From the NCBI RefSeq assembly GCF_009914755.1, contig NC_060942.1: a stretch of DNA of 64,000 nucleotides; one strand, given 5' to 3'. Source of the stretch: the human T2T-CHM13v2.0 reference genome, Homo sapiens. The notes below the pieces were generated by a model that made no database searches, was not told the DNA's origin, and saw only the letters and a list, made by a program, of their open reading frames with translations. The first letter of the stretch is position 1; the number at the start of each line of letters is the position of its first letter. The translations under genes and the position numbers were made by a program. Shown here in pieces: positions 12,976 to 27,599 of the stretch.

Positions 12976-14228
12976 GGAGGTACTATTCATTCATTTAATA
13001 ACAAACTTTAATTAACAGGATACCATATGCCAGACACTGCCCTTAAATTTTTTTTCTCACTTTTAATAATATCAGGAACCAGAACAACCATTTCACTACT
13101 ACTGTCTTTAATCTCTTACATTTTCCAGGGCTTATCTTGTGTAAAAGAAAAAAGTTAAGTATCCAACTGCATTATCCTTCCACCACCATCTTTCTTTGTA
13201 TAGACTTAATTATTTAAGTTTTATTTAAGATTCAATGATTAAAATTTAATTATCAACATTTAAAATAACACCTAATAGTAACCTAATAGTACATTGACTG
13301 CTTAAAATATATGAATTATTGCATTTATTAACAAAATAACTTCATCTATAATTCTCAGAAAGGTTATTTATTCATTTTTGCAGAGAATATTATAGAATTT
13401 GAGCCCCCTAGTAGTCTAGTGACTAGGATTTTGTTCCTTATCCTGATTTTCATATCAAATGTATGAAAGATACAAAGCAGCACTACTAAAATCACTTAAG
13501 GCAGCATTTCTACAAACCAACAAATCCCTTAATTTAAAAAAAGGAATTAGGGTTATATATTTTTGTTGAATTTTTACATGTACATTTTTAGGAATTTTGG
13601 TTCACATTTTGATACAAAATTTACCTATCTTGCTATTTTTTAGAGAGTTACTTTTCTCCAAACTACTAGTAGTACTGTTCACATTATCTAAGAGAGATTT
13701 CTAGCATTAAATATGGAACATAAATGGAGAGCTTCTTAGATGCTGATTCTTTTGAAAACTGAAGTTTTCCAATTTGATATTTCCTTCAAAAAAGTTGCCT
13801 TTTATTGGACTTATCATTAGTTATTCTAAATTATTATTAAAAACACATACAATGTATATGTGAGACACACAAAGAGAAAATAAAAAGAGAAAATAAAAAT
13901 AAACATATTAAAAACCTTAAGCCCTAAACTTTGATGGGATTATTGATGAGAAAAGGTACTCTGAAGACAGTTTCTTTATGAGTAAAATAAGTTTAGCATG
14001 TGTGTGTATTTGGAGGTATAACTTTAAGTTATTCACAAGATTCTTCTTATAACTTGTGAGCTATCTGAGGGTGTAACAGCTTTCACAAGGTCAGGAATCA
14101 GGGAGATAATGGCTAGGAATAGGTGCGTATGCAGGCAGAGTTGGTTATGTGTGGAGGGGAGGTATCAGAGGAGACAATGAGGTAAACTGAAGGATTCTTC
14201 TGCTGTTTCATTAAGAAGGATAAGTAGC

Positions 14229-14655
14229 TGTATTAGCTAGGCTCAATAAAGGCTTAGCTGATACGACCAGAAAAGTAGAGAATAATTTATTCTTCTTTCA
14301 TGACAGAAAGTGAGGCAGCTCTGCTCCATGAGGTCATTCAGGGACATGAGTCCCACCCAGCTTGGAGCCCTTAGAATTTACACGGTCAAAACTGATTCAT
14401 CCCCATTGCCTTTTCCTCACCAGAAAAGTGAGAAAAGTAAGTCTGAACCAGGTAATTTCCTTCTGGGCAATTTGTTGTAGAGGTTGTACTTAGTACACCC
14501 ATTCACATTTCACTGGAGAAACAGAATTTCATGACCATATTTAGCCACAAAGGAGTCTGGGAATTTGGCCTCTAGCTGGGCAGTCAAACCCCCAGATAAA
14601 CCCTATTACAATGGAACAGGGGAGAACAACAGGGAGAAAACCAGGAGGCAGCCTC
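14229..14655 (-). mobile_element. Old MaLR LTR (MLT1J-like)
   Basis: GCTCTGCTCCATGAGGTCATTCAGGGAC...CATGACCATATTTAGCCACAAAGGAGTCTGGGAA. Confidence 0.7.
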
Positions 14656-15507
14656 AGTAGAACTGAAACATTAGACCTGGCCACATAAGTTTCCATTACT
14701 TGTATCTTGTTCAGGTTTCATCAGACACGCGAAGCCTCATAAGTGGCCAGCCTCTTAGCCTTCCTTCAGATTGTCCACCGAGAGCCCAATCCACTTTGAG
14801 TTTTTACTTGGCCGCATTGTTAAGTCTTTGGTGACCACTTCAGAAATATATTTTATTTCTTAAATTAAAATGAACTAAAATTAATATTTTTAAATATTTT
14901 ACAACCAGCGCACACATCCCTTTTTTTAGTAAATGGAGTTTATTTGGCTGTCACCAAATCAAGATTAGGGATTCCTACCTCAGCAGCTCATTTGCACATT
15001 CTATCATGGGTTTCTTAATATTACGATATATCTGTTTTTTACATTGTGGGCCTACATCTTGAGGGAAGAAATTATGTATTGGATCTATGTTACGGTTCAC
15101 TCCACAGACCTGCACATATTGGGCCACTTACTAACTCTTATACTAATTAGACTGGTTCACATTCTGACAACTAATGACTTATTTACTTCACATTTTTGAA
15201 ATGTCAGGACTTTAAGGAAGGGTCCACCCAAGCAGGAGAAATCTATACCTTTCTTAAGCTGAGAAAGTCTGTGGGGGACCCAGGAGTTCCTTTGATGTCC
15301 CCGTTTTCCTAGTAGATTCCCAAGGGTCAACAGGGCTCTGTTCACATCAGAAATGGCTAAAATACTGAAGAACAGATTGCTCACTATTGGCTCATTCTAC
15401 CCCAGGAGCAGATTAAATACTTGTATGGGCATTCTAAATTAAATTTTAATATAATAGGTGTATGAAACACCTTCATTTTCAAAATTCTGTGGACTTTCAT
15501 CAGCTGA

Positions 15508-15959
15508 TGTATTTGCCATGGTACTCTAGTGAAACAGAACCAATGGTAGACGTGTATCTGAGCCTGAGAAGTCTCAAGATCTGCAGGTAGCAAACTAGAG
15601 ACCCAGAAGACTAATGGTGAAAGTTCCAGTCCAAGTTCAGGTCCAAAGGTGGGAGAAGACTGATGTCCCAGCTCAAAGACAGGCAGAATGAGCAAACTTC
15701 CCCCTTACACAGCCTTTTTATTCTATTCAGGCATCCAACGGATTAGATGATGCCTGCTCGCGTTGGACAGAGCAAGCTGCTGTACTCAGTCTACGGGCTC
15801 AGATTTTAATCTCATCCAGAAACATCCTCTTTACTCAGTCTACTGGCTCATATTTTAATCTCATCCAGAAACACCCTCATGAAGACATCCAGAATAATGT
15901 TTGGCCAAATGTTTGGCATGCCACAGCCCAGTCAAGTTGACGTAAAATTAACCATTACG
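15508..15959 (-). mobile_element. ERVL solo LTR (MLT2B-like) with an internal 49-bp tandem duplication
   Basis: GAAACAGAACCAAT...CTGAGAAGTCTCAAGATCTGCAG...CCCAGTCAAGTTGAC..AAATTAACCATTAC. Confidence 0.85.
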
Positions 15960-17795
15960 ACTGGTGACTATTCTTTTTGTCTTAGTAAAAGCTCTGATTT
16001 AGATCAAATGTAACAAAACTTTCAGGTAGATAATAAGGGAAATAGTTCTGCTTTTTTCAAAATTAATTTCTAAAGAACTGGCATTTGGTGCTTCAGCTTA
16101 GATGTGACTTGGGGTGTATTTTAAGGAAACAACCACACTCTAAGCACAATTAATATGAGACACTCAGGGTTGTTTGCCAGGAATAGAATATATACTGCAA
16201 GTGATTTAAGAAAATATTATAATAAATTAAATGGTGGCCTTTTTCTCCCCTCTCGGTAGTTTTCGTATAGTATTAAAGACTTCCTGAGATTACTTAGATA
16301 AATATGATATAAAAATAAAATTTAAGAAGAAAATCTACAATTAGGTTTTTCCCCTTATAATTTTCAGGCTTTTAGGCTGTATCTCTTGAAATGATGTATA
16401 AAAATGATAATGACTCAGATATGGTTAACACAGATAATCAGCTTAGATAATTACCGCAGAAGAGTGGCTCTCTTTATTTCAACTGGCTATTTTAATAGAT
16501 CAGCTAAGCCTAATAATAATCAAGCAATTTCTCCTTAATTTGTGCTGGGCACATAAAATTTCAACAGCTGTGAAGCATTATTATGCTCCCTTCAAATTTT
16601 TCTTAGGGCTCTTTGAGAAACTTGTAATGTTGAAATATTAATCGCTTTATTGAGGATGCCAAACCTTAGAACATTAATAGAAAAGTCCCTTCCCAGGATT
16701 GCATTGACTTCTCTGGCTTTAAGATACAGAATATACAAACTTAGAGTCTTTTCTCTTTCTAGGCTCCACAATATAAAGCTTACTAGAGAAAAGGAAAGTC
16801 TATGGAATATTCTTTAGGGCCACATAGACAGAGTATCTATTATTAACTGATAATTTTTGGTATCGTGAGATAGTTCCCAGTATGAATCCCAAAGATAAAG
16901 TTTTAGTGGGCATTATGTAGCTAAGAAAACATCAGAAAGGGGCCTTGCCTGCAAAACTATGGGCTTGATATTTACATTTATTTCCTCATCTAGTGTCTTT
17001 GTATACAAAATAGTATTGTTGGAGTGTCCTGATGTAATTTGCTGACTGATCCAAGAGTTTCACATACATGAGATAACTATTACAATTGAGAAACCTGTCA
17101 AGAGGAGGAAAAGCAGAGAGGTAGGTCTTTGATGGTTTCATTTGGATTTTAACATCCTTAACCATTCAAAATTAGACTTCAGGCCTTATAGCTACTCTCC
17201 CTCAGCCACTGAACCAAGGCAATAAGCAAAGTGTTTCTAAGGACTGTCAGCTTGTAGTTGATACAGGCAAAGCATCCTTGTCAGGATTCTTAATGCAGGC
17301 AGACACGCGGATGTTTATTTTAGATCATTTGCTCTGACAAGACTGTCGATTTGGAGTTGCTGCGACTGTGGGTTAGGGAAGTACTGAAAGTGGCTGCAGG
17401 CAGATAAAACCCCCTGAAGGGGGCTTCAGGGGAGGAAGGCCAATATCCTGATGAAAAGTCTTCTTGAATTTATCCACAGTTAGCTTTGAGCTTGCAAAAA
17501 CTAAAGTGAAATCAGTGTATTTTCAGGAGTTAATGCAACAAAGAAATAACCATGGCAATTTCCTGCATTTCATGAGACCGTGGAAAGAAAAGGGGAGGAG
17601 GTGAATTCAAACCGCACATATATATTATAAATACCATAGTAAAATTAAGTAAGAAACACTGGAAAGAGTGAAGTATATGAAAAACAGAGGACAAAGTATG
17701 GGTTGCTTTTGTGTTGTTGTTCACCCAAGTAGAAATTAAAGCCAGTCCATATTTTCATGTTTTAATTTCTGCAACTTTTGTTGTAAAAATTATCA

Positions 17796-18200
<405 letters not shown>

Positions 18201-19039
18201 TTATTTTGCAGAAAGCATATAGCCATACTTTTAGTGTGATGAACAATGTGTTTACTATAAAATGCTAATTAGCCCTTCAAATTATTAATGTAATTATTGT
18301 TCATCTAAGGACATAAATCTGCCAGCCCCTAAGGACAGGGGTGTTTCTCATATTAAAGAAGCATGCTAAAGCACTTTTGTGCTTACCTATGTGCTTATTT
18401 TAAACTAAATCACACTTAAAGAAGAAATTTAAATATCACCAAGTTGTCAGTCATTTGAAGAGGACAAAGATGCTTGGAGCTAAGAAAAAAGATTCTGAAA
18501 CACACTGAAACTTGTAATTATAAGTAAGACATTATTTTTAGGCCTAACAAGCAGATTTAAAGGTATGTACTGTGAATTTCTCATTTAATCTCTGATCAGG
18601 CATTTTACTTGGGTACTCACTGAAAGAATCATTTGGGCAAGGAATAATACAAAAAGTAATGTTAGTCTGTTCCCTAAATATAGAAAATTTTGGAGTGGGT
18701 CTATTTATTTGTAGTTCTTACAAAATTCCAAAGTTATGCGACCTCAGGGTTATCTTGCTCTCCTATCCTACCTGCCTTCTTTGAATAGAGAGGTCCCACT
18801 CTAGTTGTCTGCAATAAATAAAATTATCTTGCTGCAAAGATGCAAAGCACATTAGAAATTCACCAATCATGTTCTATGGGAAAGTAATTTCAAGAGAGAC
18901 AAAAGGGAGATGGATGTTAGAGAGGCAATCCAAAAATGTCTGATATACAAGACAATACACCTTCATCAAAAACACCATTCAAGTTGCTCATTAGGAACCT
19001 GTAGAATCTCTAAGAGCTGCAAATATTGTCAGAAGACAG

Positions 19040-19430
19040 ACCCTCATTTTCAGATGTCTGAGATTTCTTCTTGAACATCCCACAAGTTTAGCACATTCAA
19101 ATGTTTAAAATAAAACTGACCTTCCCTCTCAAAAGTTGTTTCATCTTTTATATTCCGCATCTCAACACATGAGATCTCTTCTACCAATTCAAATAAACTG
19201 GAAATTTCAAAGCTGTCCTTGACCCTTCTGTCACTACTACCCCCCCCAGTATGGTCACAACTTCTGCTACTTCCATATCCAAAACGTCTCTTGGCTCTAT
19301 CTCTTGCTCATCAATCCCATTTTCTTCCCCTAATCCATGCCACATGCTCTACTGAAACGATGCCTTGCTGACTTCTAAACTTCAGACACATCTAACTCCA
19401 ATCCATCATTTCATTGCTATTAAAATTACA
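19040..19430 (+). mobile_element. L2 fragment
   Basis: Degenerate L2 ORF2 3' region (CATTCAAATGTTTAAAATAAAACTGA..CTGTCCTTGACCCTTC..). Confidence 0.55.
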
Positions 19431-19639
19431 AACATCATGGACTGTTTTAAATCACCCTTCAAAAAGTTTCTTATAGTATTATTGATATAAAGCCTCGGAT
19501 CACTTTCCTCCTTAAGTCTACACTTCAAAACATTCTTCTAAATGCATCATAGTGATTAGGCTAACAATAAGAAAGATTACTTAAATTGAAAAGTGTTTGC
19601 TAAAGAAACTAGAGTAAAACGTAATGGCCAAAAAGTAGA

Positions 19640-19860
19640 ACGAGAAAAGGGCTTTGGAGTCAAGAAGTCCTAGGCTATTTCAGCTTACTAGCTGAGGGTA
19701 GATTCATCAAATCCCTTAACCTTCCAGTGGTAGTTTCCCACTCTTAACATGGGGAATATAGTCCCCACTTTGGGAGCTGTCCAGGGCTTTAAATGTGGTA
19801 ACAGGGTTAAGTATCTAATGTAGAATGTCAGATCTCAACACATAATTGCTATTATTATTC
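19640..19860 (+). mobile_element. MIR
   Basis: GGGCTTTGGAGTCAAGA..CTTACTAGCTG..CCCTTAACCT..GCTATTATTA. Confidence 0.7.
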
Positions 19861-20164
19861 TTTGTACTAGGTACTTCCAAAATTCTGGTTTTTCTTCCTT
19901 ATCCAAAACTAAACCTATTGCAGAATTCATACTTGGTGATGGTACACAATTCTAATAAGTTTTATTCTGATTTTCCAGCCCAAATCCTGTGAATGGCAGC
20001 AAATTGAAAAGCAGGAAGAGTAAAAATGTTGAGAAATAGTAGATGATAGCAGGGAAGCTTAAGGAGACATGTTAACATACAGATGTAAGAACTCACAATG
20101 AACAGTAATAAGGCAAACAGCCCTTGCCAGCCCAGAGGCATCCACCGTGTAAGGCAGGAGGAAA

Positions 20165-20440
20165 GAATATAATATGGTGGTGAAGGCACAGATTGTGAAC
20201 TCTGGCAGCATGGGTTTGAATCTCAGCTTCTCTGCTGACTAGATTACGGTCTTGGACAAGCTTCTCAATCTCTCTGGGCCTCAGTTTCCTCCCTGTAAAA
20301 TGAAGGCAATCATGGTACCTATGACATAGAGTTATATTTAAGTAAACATAGAAGTAAATAACTTATTTGTTGAAAGGCCCTTAGAACAGTGCTGGACCCA
20401 TAACGAATGACCACAAAAGCACTTACTTATATTATTATAG
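20165..20440 (+). mobile_element. MIR
   Basis: TGGGTTTGAATCTCAGCT..CTCTCTGGGCCTCAGTTTCCTCCCTGTAAAATG. Confidence 0.85.
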
Positions 20441-20570
20441 CACAGTATCATCAATAATGCTTATCTGAAAGACTGAACCATCAAAAGTTCAATTATGTTC
20501 TGTATCTTCTATTTTTAAAGAGAAGTGGCAATACCTTTGGGAATTAGTTCAATAAAAAATGTTACATTCT

Positions 20571-20875
<305 letters not shown>

Positions 20876-22194
20876 ACATTCTAATGAAGGTCTGGTGCTG
20901 AAGACAGAAAATTTCAGTTACCTGAAATATTTACATATCTGAAATTCTACTGAGAGTAACAGAAAAATGAGATACATTTAGAATCTGAATTTTTAAGTTG
21001 ATATTATTTTCAGTACATTAAAAAGAGTCATTTTGTTTTTCCATGCCTCCAGAATTGAAAGGAGAGACAGACTCTTTTGAAAAGAGTTCCTGAGCACAGC
21101 CATGGTGAGGCTCAGCCTCAGTGGAAGTTTCTAGGATGGGGAGAGGGAGAAGCTGAAGTAGTAGGGGAAGAACGGGACATGATTCAAATGTTCCTAAGTG
21201 ACCTGAAGATCCCATATATGAGATTGCCAGATCTCAGAAGAAGCCTCCCCTACCATGCACACAAGTGTGTCACAGACACCTTTCTTCTCTTTTCTGAAAA
21301 GAAACCATAAAACAAATCTGCTTATTCCTGTTCCCTTAATTGAGAGAAACAGGGGGTGGTGGTTCTCGAATTTTTACAGATGGGTGAAAATGGCTTACAA
21401 AACTCTTGTGAATAGACTGTCTCAGGCTACCAGGTATCTTCACATTAGAGACCTTTAAAAATAGTAAATCATTCCAAAAATGCTGCACTGAATGTTCAAT
21501 CCAAAAGAAGATTAAAATCGTTTATCATCATCATTCATAACTTTTTCATTGTATCTCATCAGGAGAACGAAAATAAGAATTGTATTGATAAATGGCCCCA
21601 GTTCAGGCTAATTCTGACAATAAGTTAACACAGGCTTCAATATTTCAATCTCAATTTTTGGAATAAATCTTCTGAAGGTAGAAAGAAATGCCTGCCCTAT
21701 GCCGAGAAAACTTAAAACCAGTGTGCTGTCTTACAATGTAGCATCTTTTCTCAAGTAATCCCTACCAATAATATTAGAAAACCTAAACAAAAAGGTTGCT
21801 AGGCCTTTGTAGCCAAAAAGATTGGCTGTCATTGTCTTTCGACTATAGTTGTGAGCACTAAATAAGTATCTGATAGGTAATTCAAGGAGATACTGATTTT
21901 ATTTCCTTACAGAATCTACAGGATTCTCTTAGCATTCATGGCTTAGCCCCAAATAATAACCAATTTTTTTCATGGATAACATCCAGCTTAAGGATTATTA
22001 AAAGCCCAACATTAATATTTACCTTTAAAAAAACTAAAAAGCAAATTTGAGAGCATATAAAAATAAAAATCCACTGAAGCCAAGTACTTTATCCCATCAA
22101 TACAAGAATATCTATTAGTATTAAGCGTGATATGATTAGCTCAATAAATACAGGGAATTTCACAAAATTCCCACCTTTTTCTAAGAATAGCAAA

Positions 22195-22380
22195 AATAAT
22201 GGCTGACATTTATTAAACACCTCCTAGTTTCCAGGCCCTAAGCTAAGGGGTTTAGATGCATTATCTCCTTTTACCGTCTCATTAACCCTATCAAGAAGAT
22301 AACATCACAGACTCCATTTAATAATTAACGTTTAGAAACGCTAAAGAACATGCCCAACATCTTACCTCCAAACCTGCCTT
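22195..22380 (-). mobile_element. MIR
   Basis: AATAATGGCTGACATTTATTAAACACCT..CCAGGCCCTAAGCTAAG..TGCATTATCTC. Confidence 0.65.
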
Positions 22381-22882
22381 TAATTCATCATAATATACAA
22401 ATTTTATTTGTAGTAGAAAAAGGAATATAAGTCAACAACTTTAACATAATAAACTATATTTACCTTAAGCTGACAGCCAATATCTACTAATGGCAAACAA
22501 AATAAATCTATGCTTACTATCACCATGATTATGTGAGACTGTCAGTAAGCTCTTGTTAACGCAATAAGACAGAACAAAAAATAAAACAGATTTAAACATA
22601 GAAAAGAAACAAGAATATAGATTAAAATACAAATAAATATCCATACTTAGGTTAGGAAGATTCTTTAATTGAAGGAGATACATTTTCTAAGCATAAATAT
22701 ATGAAAGGAAATATATACCAGTGATATATTTCACTACACTCAAAACATCAAAATCAAAAGGCAAAAATGGACAGTAAAAATATGTAATATCAACGAACAT
22801 AATGGACCATACCTCAAGGAAAAAAAATGAAATGAAAAGGCAAAAAAAAATTTGGGGAAAAAAAACCTTACCATAGTTATGA

Positions 22883-23221
<339 letters not shown>

Positions 23222-23457
23222 TTAACAGTTTACATAGAAAATGCAAGTGGATTAACATGTAAAAAAAAATTAACTTCACTAGTAATTGAGTGTAATCTTA
23301 AAAAATAAGGTATGCTTTATACCTACCAAAATAGCAAACATTTCAAATATTTTTTGAGGATATACTGCAACAATTACTTGTAAAAGGGTAAATGTTTCTA
23401 ACTTCTCTGGTCAGAAATTTATCAATAAATACAGACTCTTAGACACTTCCTATCCTT

Positions 23458-23812
23458 TGCTATGGTCTGAATGTTTGTGTTTCCTCAAAATTCATATGTG
23501 AAAACCTAATCACCAAGGTAAGGATATTTGGAGGTGTGGCCTTTGGCAGTTGACTTAGCCATTGATTAGGCCCTTTTATAAGGTCTCACAGGGATTAGTG
23601 CCCTTTTTAAAAAAGGCCTGAGAGAGACACTCTCACCCTTCCTTTCTTTTGAGGTCTCATGGAGAAGGCACTATCTATGAACAATGAACTGAATCTGCCT
23701 ATGATGTGATTTTGGACTTCCCAGCCTCCAGAACTATGAGAAATAAATTTCTGTTGTTGATAAGCCACCCATTTGTGATACTTTGTTGTAGAAGCCCAAA
23801 CGAATTAAGACA
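23458..23812 (+). mobile_element. MaLR solo LTR (MLT1A0-like)
   Basis: TGCTATGGTCTGAATGTTTGTGT...CCAGCCTCCAGAACTATGAGAAATAAA...AATTAAGACA; TSD TCCTT/CCCTT. Confidence 0.9.
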
Positions 23813-25261
23813 CCCTTTGGTGTAATAATTCCTGTAATACATAATTCCCCTAAGGAAATAATTAAAATTTGGATGATAATTTACATAGAAATATGTTCTT
23901 TGAAATTTTATATCTAGCATTGAAAACAGTGAAACCAGCCTAGCTATTGAACAATAGAAGAATGGTTCAATTAATTTTATTTCATCCTTTTGACAGAATG
24001 TTAAGCTTTTAAAATGTTTGAATATTTACTTACTTAAAAGTGATCTATCTCAAAACGTAAATATCAAAAAAGCTAAATTAAAAAAGGATAGAATATTTAT
24101 ATACAATATGATCTCATGTATCTGTATATTAAGAGAAAAAGATTGAAAGTAAAATATATGAAATGTTGTGAGTCAATATTTCTGTGTGGCAGGTATATAG
24201 TTGATTTTGATTTATGTTTTTATCCATTTCTACATTTTACAAAGTTTTCTACAAGGAACTGTTATAACTCTTATACTTAAAAAAAGATATAAATATGAAA
24301 GTGCCTAAATTAATAGTATCCTGTGGGTGAATAATTTGGTACTATCTCAATTTTTGTCAGCCAGGAACTCTGGTATCATTGATCTATTTTCATCCATACA
24401 TCTATTCAACCTTCACAAATAAAACAGCTTCCATGTCATTGTTGATGTTTATTAGAGTGAACTAATGCCAATGACCAACAATGTGGTCCTGATGGCAAGC
24501 ACGCCTCTCAGACTGCAGCTCTGGAGCCCAGCTTTCTTACCACAGCAAAGACTGTCAGTCCTACCAAAAGAAGTGGAGAATGGAAGAGTGGGAAGCCAGA
24601 GGTAGACAATTACCAGGGTCTGAACTCAAAGTTGCAGCAACATGTTCTTCAGTGCAATGATGAATCTGTCAAGGCAACATGGTACTCGTTCCTGATTACC
24701 CTCAGGAACTGTGAGAACCTACAGGAGCATGTATTCACCATTTGGGATATGTGTCAGTTTGCTCAATTCAATAAATAACCTGTTCTCACTTGACAAAACA
24801 GTTGGAATTCATTAAAGTCGGCTAAATTTTGTGATAAGGACGCATGTGATTTACAGAGTCAAGTGCCTTCATGAAATACTTTCCAAACAGGCTTGTCCAT
24901 ACTTTGAGCAAACCCCTTCTTTATTCTAAATATCTACAGAATTGTGTGTGTATACATAGACATCATTATATGTCTGCCAGCCAACTGCACTGTACATCAA
25001 GAGTTATACAGAGACAGAGAGATTTACAGTCTTCTAGTGCTTTGAAATCAACAATGTCTACCCAATTAAACTCAATGCTTGTCCACGGTGGAGGAAACAT
25101 TAGATGAATTATTTCAAATTCTAAGCCCTGATTGTATAGGGGCAATGGATAAGTGAAATGATTCTTTTTCATTTTAAATTCTGTTGCATTTTCCCAAATT
25201 TTGTCTCATTGAGTGAATGTTACTTTTATAGTGGGGAAAAAAAAAAACCCTTACAATATTT

Positions 25262-25600
25262 AATGTTCTCTGCCCTTGCAGAAATTAAAACCTGGCAAGG
25301 AAGACAGATTTTATAGCTAGCTATACGGTAGTGTAAAGAGTGCTATACCTACAGTGCAAAGTTCCAGGGGAGTTCACAGGGGAAGGAGAAGATTAATTCT
25401 GTCCAGGAAGGAGGAGGCGCCATGAGGATGAGTGAGCTAAACAGAGGAAGCAGTTTATGAAATGAGCCTTGATGGATGAGTAATATTTTTATCTGGCCAA
25501 GAAGAGTGTTCCAAGAGAAAGATCAGCATGTAGAAACTCAAAGATGAGAGTACAGAACATACTAGGGGAAGGACAGTTAATCTGGAGTGACAGCCCTTAT
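25262..25600 (-). mobile_element. L2 fragment
   Basis: TCTCTGCCCTTGCAGAA..AATGAGCCTTGATGGATGAGTA..GTGTTCCAAG. Confidence 0.6.
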
Positions 25601-26489
25601 CTGATGTGGCAACCCCAATTGTCAACCCCTTCCAACTCAATGTTTAGTCTTGATTAACTTTTAATTTCTCAGTATGCATTTGGGTTAAAACTGATTTCTT
25701 ATTTTACTATGGTTGACAATAAGTAGGACTGCATGCCTCATCTGTCTCAATCTGAAGATTATTTCAAAAATTGAACTAATTTCAAAATTAAACGGATTTA
25801 AGTGCTCAGCCAATTCATTTGATTTGCATTTTGGAGATTTCTGTTGAGAAATTATAATGATTCCTCACAGCTCATTATTTTTCACAATTTGATTAAAGGT
25901 TCTGTAACTTAGCTAACTCAGGTGTGGAAAAACATTTAGGCAAACACTTTTAAGTGGTTTTATGACATGCGTGTGGATGCGAACAGTAATACAAGTTAGA
26001 AATTCTTTCAGGTATTTTAGTCAGAGTCTTCCCTGAACCAACAGAAAGCCAGTGAGGGAAATCATTTGACGGCAACAAAAGGACTGGGGCTTTCATCTCT
26101 GCTCCTCCATCTACTAGGCAAGAAATTACAGAAAATGATAAACTCTGAACCTTGTTTTCCCATCCGTGAAACAGACATAATAGTACCATGCACTCTTTAC
26201 TTCACAGGACGATTAAAATCACATCAGGTAGCACATGCCATCGTTTATGCAATTCTTAAAGACCTTAGAGATCATCTTATGAGGTCTGTAAATTTTGCTC
26301 CGAGAAGTTCCATTCAGGGTCCCCTCACAGCAAAATGAAGGCAGGGTTGAGACAGGCTCAAGGACACTGCTGCAGGATGGGTGGGGCTCCCCCTCTCACA
26401 TCTCTACTTTCGTCTGAGGAGTCCTCGATTACCTGCTTTACATAGTAGGCTCCAGAAAACCTTTCATACGAAGAAAATATCCAATGGTT

Positions 26490-26662
26490 TAAAAGGATTG
26501 AAAACCACTGATTTATCCCAATTGGCTCATTTTACAACGAGAAAAGTAAAACCCAGAGAAGCTAAATAACTTCCCCAGCTTTAAGTAACTACAAACTGGC
26601 AAGGCAGATGATTGAATCCAAGCCTTCTGTTTCCAAGTTCAATGCCTTTTCTACTACACCAT
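26490..26662 (-). mobile_element. MIR3/MIR
   Basis: CTCATTTTACAACGAGAAAAGTAAAACCCAGAGAAG..GAATCCAAGCCTTCTG..TTTCTACTACACCA. Confidence 0.7.
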
Positions 26663-27079
26663 ATGGTGAAGTTACACAAATATTACATACTGACATGGAA
26701 GTACTAAGAATCAGGACAGTTTTGTATAGGAGATATGACATCACCTAGACAGTATGAAAATTCCATTCAGCAATATAAAATGAATTTGTATACTTATTCA
26801 ATAAATATTAAGTGTCATATATGTCCCAGACATTGTTCTAAGCACTGCTTTCAGCCCCATAAAATTCAGTTTCCAACAAAGAAGTTATGACATCTAAGCT
26901 TAACACTGGAATAAAACATCCCCATTCTTGCTGAAATGGATGAATAATTAGTATAGTAGTATAAATGTGGTTATTGCCCATGCAAAAACACCTCTTTAGT
27001 TTCCACAGTGAAATAAACACTAATCTGCTTGTACCTGGGCCCACTCTTTCTAAAATTTCTATTATTAATTTGCTCCTTC

Positions 27080-27515
27080 TATCAAAAGCTAACATGCCAC
27101 TTGTGGAGTACAGTCCACCTACTTTCACCTTGAAGGAGCTGGATCCTGCAAGCATCTTCTTTCTCTTCTGTATATTTATTTTCTCTCTTTCTGGTGATCA
27201 TTTTGCAGCACATAAATATGCTCCAGTAACAGTCATCTTAAAAATAAAACAAAAACCTTCCTTGCCCCCATGACCAACTGCCACTCAATTTCCTTTCTTC
27301 CTTTCCAAGCAAGTATTTTTGGAAAGACTCGTCTGCAGTCACTGAGGCCTTCCCACCCTTACCCCCACCCCATCTATTGTCAAAGGCAAGCTCCACTGCT
27401 TCTGCCCTCTGGAATATGAGAACAGGGATCCTGCCCATTCACCATGTATCCCAGTACTCGAAACAGCACCCAGCATATGCTTAGCTCAGTAAATATGTGT
27501 GGAATGAATAAATCA
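27080..27515 (+). mobile_element. L2 fragments including the 3' terminus
   Basis: CACCATGTATCCCAGTACTCGAAACAGCACCCAGCA..GCTCAGTAAATATGTGTGGAATGAATAAAT. Confidence 0.7.
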
Positions 27516-27599
27516 TCTAGAACCATATAGTGATTTAGTGAAATACATAATATACAGCTTGCCTGTTTCTCATATATTTCAGAAAGATAGGTCACAATA

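Noticed and set aside
24614-24718. Minus-strand 105-nt exon candidate (TAG|GTTCTC...CTG|GTAATT)
   Set aside because: Stop codons in all three frames, weak pyrimidine tract, no other support
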